A stretch of 64,000 nt of DNA from an uncultured Clostridia bacterium (GTDB lineage: Bacteria > Bacillota > Clostridia > TANB77 > CAG-508), in NCBI GenBank assembly GCA_944391745.1, contig CALXUS010000002.1, positions 35,027 through 99,026 of the forward strand, written 5' to 3'. Numbering within the stretch: position 1 is the first letter of the stretch; each line of letters opens with the position of its first letter. Position numbers and translations under genes: made by a program. The notes under the pieces were generated by a model. The model worked only from the letters and a program-made list of their open reading frames with translations. It was not told the DNA's origin and searched no databases. Positions 9,735 to 17,095 of this stretch are shown piece by piece.

Positions 9735-12491
9735 ATGGAAAAAGAAAAGAAAGATTACAGTCAAACACTTAACTTACCAAAAACAGATTTCCCAATGAGA
9801 GGAAATTTGCCTGAAAAAGAGCCAGGTATATTAGAGAATGTTTTTGAAAATGGTTTGTATGAAAAGATTTTAAAGAAAAATGAGGGGCATCAAAGTTTTG
9901 TACTACATGATGGACCTCCTTATGCAAATGGAGAAATACATGCAGGTCATGCCTTAAACAAAATTCTAAAAGATACTATTGTTAGATATAAGTCAATGAA
10001 AGGCTATTATTCACCATACATACCAGGTTATGATACTCATGGTATGCCAACTGAAAAGAAAGCTATTGAAAAATTAGGTCTAGATAGAAGCAAAATTCCA
10101 GTTACTAAATTTAGGGATACTTGCCAAGATTTTACTAGAAACTATAAAGACATTCAAACAGAGGGATTCAAACGTTTAGGAGTTTTAGGAGATTGGGAGC
10201 ACCCATATATTACTTATGATCCTAAAATGGAAGCTAGACAAATTGGCGTATTTGGAGATATGTATCAAAAAGGATATATATATAAGGGATTAAAACCAGT
10301 TTATTGGTGTACTGACTGCGAAACAGCACTAGCTGAAGCAGAAATTGAATACAAAGATGATGAAGCAACTTCTATATATGTTAAATTCCCAGTTGTTGAT
10401 GGAAAAGGCATATTAGATGATGAAAATACTTATATAGTAATTTGGACAACTACTCCATGGACATTACCTGGAAATGTTGCAATCACAGTAGGACCAGATT
10501 TTGAATATAGTTTAGTAAAAACAAATGTTGGAAACTTAGTAATGGCAAGTGATTTAGTAGAAAAAGTTATGAAACTTGCTGAAATAGAAGATTACAAAGT
10601 TTTAAAAACATTTAAAGGTGAAGATTTAAAAGGAGTACAATGTAGACATCCATTCCTAGAAAGAAATTCAGTAGTAGTTTTAGGCGGAGAAGACGGAGTT
10701 AATGTTACATTAGAAGAAGGTACTGGAGCCGTTCACACTGCACCTGGATATGGTAAAGAAGACTATTTACAAAGCCTAAAAGATGGTCTTGAAATAAAAG
10801 TTGCAGTAAATGACAAAGGTGTTCAAACAGAAGAAGCAGGACCTTTTGCAGGAATGTACTATGCTAAATCAAATAAGGAAATAACAAAATGGCTTGAAGA
10901 AAATGGTTACTTATTAAAAGCAGTTAAATTAGTTCACTCATATCCACATTGCTGGAGATGTAAAAAGCCTATCATATTCAGAGCAACACCACAATGGTTT
11001 GCATCAATAGATGGCTTTAGAGATGAAGTTCTAAAAGCTATAAAAACAGTTAAATGGCATCCAGCATGGGGCGAAGAAAGAATGACTGAAATGATAAAAG
11101 GCAGAAATGACTGGTGTATATCTAGACAACGTACATGGGGTGTTCCACTTCCAATATTCTATTGTGAAGAATGTGGAGAGCCTTATGTTACAAAAGAATC
11201 TATAAAGAAAATCCAAGATATATTTGGAAAAGAAGGTTCAAATGCATGGTGGGCAAAAGAAGTAACAGAGCTTATGCCAAAAGGCGCAAAATGTGCTAAA
11301 TGTGGATGCACACATTTCAAAAAAGAAACAGATATAATGGACGTTTGGTTTGATTCAGGTTCAACACATCAAGGAGTTTTAGTTGAAAGAGGAATAAGCT
11401 ATCCAGCAGATATGTATCTTGAAGGAAATGACCAATATAGAGGATGGTTCCAATCATCACTTCTTACATCTGTTGCAACAAATGGAATAGCTCCATATAA
11501 AGAAGTATTAACTCACGGATTTGTAACTGATGGACAAGGAAGAAAAATGTCTAAGAGCCTTGGAAATGGTGTATCTCCAATAGATGTATGCAATAAATAT
11601 GGCGCAGACATACTAAGACTTTGGGTACTTTCAGCTGATTATTCAATGGATGTAAACTTATCTGATGATATATTAAAAGGAATCTCAGATGTTTATAGAA
11701 AAATAAGAAATACAGCTAGATATATATTAGGAAATACAAATGACTATGACCCAGAAAATCCAGTTGCTTATGAAGATTTAATGGAAATAGACAAGTGGGC
11801 ATTAACAAGACTTAACAAATTAATTCGTGATTGCACAAAAGATTATGATGAATATGATTTTGCAAATTGCTATCACGATATAAACCAATTCTGTGTTGTA
11901 GATATGAGTAGTTTCTACTTAGATATAATAAAAGACAGATTATATACATCAAAAGCTGATTCGGTTGAAAGAAGAGCAGCTCAAACAACAATGTATTATA
12001 TCCTAGACGCATTAGTAAAAATATTAACACCAATGACTTCATTTACAGCAGAAGAAATTTGGAAAGCTATGAAGCATACTGCAAAAGAAAATGTAGAAAG
12101 CCCAATGCTTGCAGATTATCCAACTCCAAACGATAAGTGGGATAATAAAGAATTATCTGCAAAATGGGATAAAATTATAAAACTAAAAGATGTAGCTTCA
12201 AAAGAACTAGAACTTGCAAGAGCAAATAAAACAATTGGAAATTCACTAGATGCAAAAGTTACAATTTATGCAGAAGGTGATGAATACAAGTTCTTAAAAG
12301 AAAATGAAGAATTAATAAAATTAGTTTTAATAGTTTCGGGCTTAAAGATAGAAGAAAACAAACGTAAAGAAGAAACTATGGGCATCAAGGTTGAACATGC
12401 TGATGGTGAAAAATGTGAAAGATGCTGGATGTATGATGAACATACAGAAGATGGATTATGCCCAAGATGTAGAGAAGTTTTAGAAAAATAA
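9735..12491 (+). CDS. ileS: Isoleucine--tRNA ligase (type 1)
   Basis: HDGPPYANG-HAGH, DWCISRQRTWG, KMSKS, C-terminal CERCW/CPRC Zn finger, and an Ile T-box upstream. Confidence 0.98.
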   Translation: MEKEKKDYSQTLNLPKTDFPMRGNLPEKEPGILENVFENGLYEKILKKNEGHQSFVLHDGPPYANGEIHAGHALNKILKDTIVRYKSMKGYYSPYIPGYDTHGMPTEKKAIEKLGLDRSKIPVTKFRDTCQDFTRNYKDIQTEGFKRLGVLGDWEHPYITYDPKMEARQIGVFGDMYQKGYIYKGLKPVYWCTDCETALAEAEIEYKDDEATSIYVKFPVVDGKGILDDENTYIVIWTTTPWTLPGNVAITVGPDFEYSLVKTNVGNLVMASDLVEKVMKLAEIEDYKVLKTFKGEDLKGVQCRHPFLERNSVVVLGGEDGVNVTLEEGTGAVHTAPGYGKEDYLQSLKDGLEIKVAVNDKGVQTEEAGPFAGMYYAKSNKEITKWLEENGYLLKAVKLVHSYPHCWRCKKPIIFRATPQWFASIDGFRDEVLKAIKTVKWHPAWGEERMTEMIKGRNDWCISRQRTWGVPLPIFYCEECGEPYVTKESIKKIQDIFGKEGSNAWWAKEVTELMPKGAKCAKCGCTHFKKETDIMDVWFDSGSTHQGVLVERGISYPADMYLEGNDQYRGWFQSSLLTSVATNGIAPYKEVLTHGFVTDGQGRKMSKSLGNGVSPIDVCNKYGADILRLWVLSADYSMDVNLSDDILKGISDVYRKIRNTARYILGNTNDYDPENPVAYEDLMEIDKWALTRLNKLIRDCTKDYDEYDFANCYHDINQFCVVDMSSFYLDIIKDRLYTSKADSVERRAAQTTMYYILDALVKILTPMTSFTAEEIWKAMKHTAKENVESPMLADYPTPNDKWDNKELSAKWDKIIKLKDVASKELELARANKTIGNSLDAKVTIYAEGDEYKFLKENEELIKLVLIVSGLKIEENKRKEETMGIKVEHADGEKCERCWMYDEHTEDGLCPRCREVLEK

Positions 12492-12508
12492 ATTTGGATG
12501 TTTTTGTA

Positions 12509-12540
12509 AACCGTTCCAATTTTAGGAACGGTTGTTTTTT
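12509..12540 (+). terminator. Intrinsic terminator of ileS
   Basis: AACCGTTCC-aatttta-GGAACGGTT followed by GTTTTTT. Confidence 0.8.
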
Positions 12541-12592
12541 ATTTAGTTATTATCAAAGTTGAATATATATTTATTTTGTAAATTGATAAAAA

Positions 12593-12621
12593 TTGACAAT
12601 AAAAATATTTTATGATAATAT
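12593..12621 (+). promoter_or_regulatory. SigA-type promoter for the pfkB-like gene
   Basis: TTGACA-N17-TAATAT with an extended -10 TGn. Confidence 0.55.
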
Positions 12622-12654
12622 TACTAAAAATTTACTGTAAAGGAGTGCATACTT

Positions 12655-13617
12655 ATGCAAAAACAATCTAGCATACGGTTCGCATGTATAGGAGATCTTG
12701 TAGCTGACTACTATTACTATGGTAATGTATTAACAAATGTAGATGGAGGTAGATCAAAATTTAATGATTTGGCAAACTTGGGCAAACTTGGAAATGAATG
12801 TGTTACATTCTCTACGTGTAGTAATTCTCAAATAGGGGAAATGTTGTGTATTGGACTTCAACGGTGTAATGTTAATACATCTTATGTTCAAAAATTAAAT
12901 GTACCTAGCAGAATATATAATCTTTTAGCAAAAGGGAATGGAGAATATTTATGTACTAAAATTTGTCCTAAATGCGGAAGAACTACATGGTATGAAGAAT
13001 CTTTTACAAAATATGATAAAGTGCATGATTTAATAAGAGACAATGACGTTTTTATTTTTGATTCAATTAAGCCAGAAGATTTAGAAAATATGTCTCAACT
13101 TATTTCAAATGATAAAGTGCTTGACTTAGGCAGTACAAGTTACTTATCAAAAATATCTTTTGAAAAATTAAAGAGCATATTGCAGAATGGATACGAAATT
13201 GTTCAAATCAATAAAAAAGTTGCACAATATTTAATTAAATGTTTTAAACTTAATGAACTTGGGCAATTAAAGAAAGTTATAAGATGCAAATTATTAATTA
13301 TTACGTTGGGAAACGCTGGAGCATATTTTTTTACGGCAACTAATAATTATAAAAAAATTCTGGATTTTCCGTCTAATGAGGTCGATACTCTCGGAGCAGG
13401 TGATGCATTTTTCTCTACATTTATTGATGGATATTACAAAAATAATAAGGAAGTTAATCAAGATTTTATTGATTTTTATTTTGAACAGGCTACTAGGATT
13501 ACTTCAAAAGTAGTTCAGTCTTTTGGAGGGAGGGGGCATCTATATTCGAAAATAAAAATTAAGGAAAAGAGCAATACTTGTGTATGTCAAGATTTTGAAA
13601 TTCAAAATGGGAGGTGA
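12655..13617 (+). CDS. PfkB/ribokinase-family kinase with a CxxC insertion
   Basis: N-terminal IGDLVAD...GG, ITLGNAG and signature VDTLGAGDAF. Insert CTKICPKCGRTTW. Confidence 0.85.
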   Translation: MQKQSSIRFACIGDLVADYYYYGNVLTNVDGGRSKFNDLANLGKLGNECVTFSTCSNSQIGEMLCIGLQRCNVNTSYVQKLNVPSRIYNLLAKGNGEYLCTKICPKCGRTTWYEESFTKYDKVHDLIRDNDVFIFDSIKPEDLENMSQLISNDKVLDLGSTSYLSKISFEKLKSILQNGYEIVQINKKVAQYLIKCFKLNELGQLKKVIRCKLLIITLGNAGAYFFTATNNYKKILDFPSNEVDTLGAGDAFFSTFIDGYYKNNKEVNQDFIDFYFEQATRITSKVVQSFGGRGHLYSKIKIKEKSNTCVCQDFEIQNGR

Positions 13618-13646
13618 ATACCTCCCTTATCTTAAAAGGAGAAAAA

Positions 13647-14381
13647 ATGTATTATAGGTATAAAAATAAAGAAGTTTTAAAAGAATTGAAATCAGAATAT
13701 CCTTTTTTACACAATGTAAATATTTATTTAACTAGACATGGAGAATCACAAGGAAATGTGATGCAAGATAAAGTAATAAATGAGCAAGCTAATATTTTGC
13801 CCGAAGAAAGGATTGCTGACTACAAATTAAATTTAACTTTAAAAGGAGAAAAACAAGCTAAAATACTAGGAAAAAATATTAATGAAATAATCACAAAAAA
13901 TAATATGGATAAAGAAAAAATTTTAGTACTAGTTTCTCCGTATGAAAGGACTAGGAAAACATTTGAAATTGCAAATGAAATAATAGGCTTTGATTTTAAA
14001 AAAATATTTGTGTTAAATTCATTAAGAGAGCAATCATTTGGGGCGTTTGATTTTGTAAGTAGGAAAAGGAAAAAATCAGAATATCCAAGAGAATATTCTG
14101 AATATATAAGAAATGATTTACATTTTTTTAGGCAACAATATTTAGGAGAATCACCTGCAGATGTATGTGATAGACTTTATCAAGTTTTATTTTTTATAAA
14201 AGAATATTTAGAAAAAAATTCTATAGAGAATATATTTATCTTTGGTCATGGATGTGCTAATAAATGTTTGATAATGGATATTTTTAACTTACCTCCAGAA
14301 TTCTATGATGATTTTCAAATGAATACTAATTGCTCAATTATATGCATAGAAAAAGGAATTTGGAGAGGGATTATAGATTAA
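13647..14381 (+). CDS. Histidine phosphatase (phosphoglycerate mutase-like) family protein
   Basis: RHGES, LTLKGEKQA, VSPYERT, LREQSFG, GES and FGHG motifs. ATG 13647 follows an AAAGGAG RBS (the ORF track starts at GTG 13614). Confidence 0.88.
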   Translation: MYYRYKNKEVLKELKSEYPFLHNVNIYLTRHGESQGNVMQDKVINEQANILPEERIADYKLNLTLKGEKQAKILGKNINEIITKNNMDKEKILVLVSPYERTRKTFEIANEIIGFDFKKIFVLNSLREQSFGAFDFVSRKRKKSEYPREYSEYIRNDLHFFRQQYLGESPADVCDRLYQVLFFIKEYLEKNSIENIFIFGHGCANKCLIMDIFNLPPEFYDDFQMNTNCSIICIEKGIWRGIID

Positions 14382-14841
14382 GAAATAATTTGTAATAATA
14401 TGAAATTGGCTTACTAGAGATAGCTTGGATAAAGTTATCAACACCTGAAATACTTAATACTTTTAATGTTCCTACATCAAACTTAACAACTTCCCATAAT
14501 TCCTTAGGAATTGTAATTTTATATTTATTAATCAAATAACTACTTAAAATATTATAATCTTTATAAATGTCTTTAGACCAATCTCTTACAATATTTTTAT
14601 AAAAAAAATAATCAGTTATCAAATGGATAAAGTATCCTTTTTCAAAATCATTTTGATTAGGATATTGTTTGAAGAACATGTTAAAATCAGGAGATTTGCT
14701 ACTTCCAAAGTGGGAATCAATTCCTTGTTTTTTTAGTAAATCTGGTATAATTGTACCTCTTATAAAAGATTGTTCATCTTTAATAGCATTACTATTTATA
14801 TAATTTTGCGCAATAGATAAATGAATTAAATAACCTGGCAT
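14371..14841 (-). CDS. Zinc-dependent phospholipase C/P1-nuclease-fold hydrolase (Zn_dep_PLPC-like)
   Basis: MPGYLIH, GTIIPD, SHF and GYFIHLITD metal-ligand pattern. Confidence 0.65.
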   Translation of the reverse strand: MPGYLIHLSIAQNYINSNAIKDEQSFIRGTIIPDLLKKQGIDSHFGSSKSPDFNMFFKQYPNQNDFEKGYFIHLITDYFFYKNIVRDWSKDIYKDYNILSSYLINKYKITIPKELWEVVKFDVGTLKVLSISGVDNFIQAISSKPISYYYKLFLNL

Positions 14842-14928
14842 AATAAATTATAATTTCCTTTCATGGAATATTATAATACAAATAAAGATAATTTTCAAAT
14901 ATTGTATGATGTAGAGAGGAGTTTGAAA

Positions 14929-16101
14929 ATGGAAAGAGAAGAATTATTTAAAAAAATAGATTCAGTTATGAATGAAGCGTTTGAAAACATGGAAAAAAGT
15001 GAAGACTTAAAACAAGTATATAATAAAATAAGAAAAAATTTTAATGAAGATGCAGATCTTTTAAGAAAAATGCTAAAAGAAGAACTAGACAGATGTTATA
15101 AAACTATCGAAAACAAAAAAATAATTACTGATAAAGTAGAAGATAAATCCATAATAAGTGACTCAGATCAAGAAAAACATGATATATTTGTAATAATTCC
15201 AATATTTAATGCAACAGATGAACAAGCAGAGGAGTGCATTTATTCGGTTATGGATAATTTTCTTGGATTTGACTATAAAATATTAATAATATCCAATAGA
15301 ATATTGCATATATTTAATGAAGAAATTTTTAAAAATACATCGCATTATGTAGTTTATAAAAATTTATTTTCTTTACCTGAAGCCTACAATGAATTAGTTG
15401 GTTATGCTAAAGAGTATCAAAAGGATAAAAATTCAATGATTTGTCTAATGGATGATGATGCATATATTTTCACTGGTCAAAACGAAAAAATAAAAAGAAA
15501 TATAGATTTGTTAAAAAATGATAAATATATAGCAGTAAGTGGACATTATTATGATACATCTCCAACAAAAACAAATTTTCAAAGAATGATTAATGTGAGT
15601 CATAAATATAAGTTTGTAAAAGAGTATAGAAAACCATATTGCCATGGTGGAGCTTGTTTTTTTATAAAAATAATTAATTTTCCACATACAGGATTACCAC
15701 TTAATGGCCTCGGAGGTATAAGTATTAATATTTTAGAAATTAATAATATAAGTAATGAAAGAAAGGAATGGTTTTTGTATAATAATCCAGAGCTTAAAGT
15801 CTTTCACCCTAGAAAAAGAAATTTGTTTGCGTGGATTACGACTTATTTATCTTATGAAATGGCTTGGGGGAGATCATTAAGTAGATTAGATGAAAATAAA
15901 GAACGTATATGGAGACAAGAATTAAAAAAGGATTCAGATGCTAGGGTTAATGGACTTTATAAAAATTTAAGAATTAAAAGTGAAAGAATTTATGTCTTAG
16001 GAAATATATATCTTACTAGGTATTTAAAACCTCTATTAAATAAAAATATACAATATGGTGATTTAAAAAAATATAATGTAAGTACACATATAAATTTATA
16101 A
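14929..16101 (+). CDS. GT-A fold (GT2-like) glycosyltransferase with an N-terminal helical extension
   Basis: VIIPIFN strand, MDDDA DxD motif, HGGAC and VFHP. ATG 14929 follows a GAGGAG RBS (the ORF track starts at 14863). Confidence 0.6.
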   Translation: MEREELFKKIDSVMNEAFENMEKSEDLKQVYNKIRKNFNEDADLLRKMLKEELDRCYKTIENKKIITDKVEDKSIISDSDQEKHDIFVIIPIFNATDEQAEECIYSVMDNFLGFDYKILIISNRILHIFNEEIFKNTSHYVVYKNLFSLPEAYNELVGYAKEYQKDKNSMICLMDDDAYIFTGQNEKIKRNIDLLKNDKYIAVSGHYYDTSPTKTNFQRMINVSHKYKFVKEYRKPYCHGGACFFIKIINFPHTGLPLNGLGGISINILEINNISNERKEWFLYNNPELKVFHPRKRNLFAWITTYLSYEMAWGRSLSRLDENKERIWRQELKKDSDARVNGLYKNLRIKSERIYVLGNIYLTRYLKPLLNKNIQYGDLKKYNVSTHINL

Positions 16102-16115
16102 TAAGGTGATAAAAT

Positions 16116-16853
16116 ATGAAAGTTGTTTATAATAGAAAAAAATGCTCCTTTGATGTTGATGGGTCACAAATTAAAGAAATAGATTTTAATTTTATAAGTT
16201 GCAATTTATTTAGAGTACAAGAGGAATATGAATATTTAAAATTAAAAGGTGTAAAACCTATAAAAAAGGAATTATTAAAAGATGATAATGGAAGAATATA
16301 TATATATGCAAAAACAAATGATGGACATATATTTATAAAAATAAATGAATTTGAAAAATCTTTTTCGATTGATGAATTAGTAAAGCTTAATGATTTATTG
16401 TCAAAAAAAATAGATGAGGCGTATAATTTAAAATATGATATTAAAAATTTTGATCCAATATTTTTGTCTATTTTTTTATGGAAAAGACTACATAAAATAA
16501 AGGATATAATTGTAGAAGATGAATATATAGATAATTTATGTGTGCCAAAAGGAAAAAACGGTGTACAAAAGATAACTGATACACCATATTATAAAACTTT
16601 GGAAGTGGGAAAAGAAATTGATATAAAATCAGTATTTAACTCAAACCATGTAGATGAAACTCATTATGAAAGAATAATGAAAATTAAAAAGAGTATAGAA
16701 GATAATGGATATCCATATAAAAATCAATATATAATTGTTTATAATAATGAAAACAAAATTAGAGATGGACAACATCGAGCATGTACATTAAAATACTTAT
16801 ATGGAAATATAAAGGTTCCAATTATGAGAATTATATTAGAAAATAATAGTTGA
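16116..16853 (+). CDS. Hypothetical protein with a C-terminal ParB/Sulfiredoxin-like motif
   Basis: KSIEDNGY...IIV...IRDGQHRA matches the ParB/Srx DGxHR motif. Confidence 0.55.
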   Translation: MKVVYNRKKCSFDVDGSQIKEIDFNFISCNLFRVQEEYEYLKLKGVKPIKKELLKDDNGRIYIYAKTNDGHIFIKINEFEKSFSIDELVKLNDLLSKKIDEAYNLKYDIKNFDPIFLSIFLWKRLHKIKDIIVEDEYIDNLCVPKGKNGVQKITDTPYYKTLEVGKEIDIKSVFNSNHVDETHYERIMKIKKSIEDNGYPYKNQYIIVYNNENKIRDGQHRACTLKYLYGNIKVPIMRIILENNS

Positions 16854-16863
16854 TGAATTTGGG

Positions 16864-16958
16864 GCTGTTTTTGGGGACACCTTCCAAAAACAGCTAGATG
16901 AATATTGATGAATTTGAGGGATACGGCCTGTTTTAGGTACGTGTCCCTTAAAACATCT
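16864..16958. repeat. REP-like unit plus a degenerate partner hairpin upstream of the helicase
   Basis: GCTGTTTTTGGGGACACCTTCCAAAAACAGCT, then AGGGATACG-gcctgttttaggta-CGTGTCCCTTAAAACATCT. Confidence 0.8.
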
Positions 16959-16990
16959 ATTGAAAAATTGATAATTGATATAGTAATAAG

Positions 16991-17019
16991 TTGAAATTTA
17001 CATAAATATTTGCTATAAT
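16991..17019 (+). promoter_or_regulatory. SigA-type promoter for the helicase gene
   Basis: TTGAAA-N17-TATAAT with extended TGn. Confidence 0.65.
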
Positions 17020-17095
17020 AAAAAAAGCACATTGAAAATTTTATAAATCTCTTTCATTGTTTCTAAAATTAGCATAATTTAAGGAGGACGTTATC

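Noticed and set aside
9481-9798. Small ORFs 9481-9708, 9579-9764 and 9583-9798, and similar ones at 16739-17032, 19901-20101 and 33915-34136, sharing [15 protein letters not shown] peptides
   Set aside because: The similarity is just translation of the REP-like repeat. They have no RBS and overlap T-box or leader sequence.
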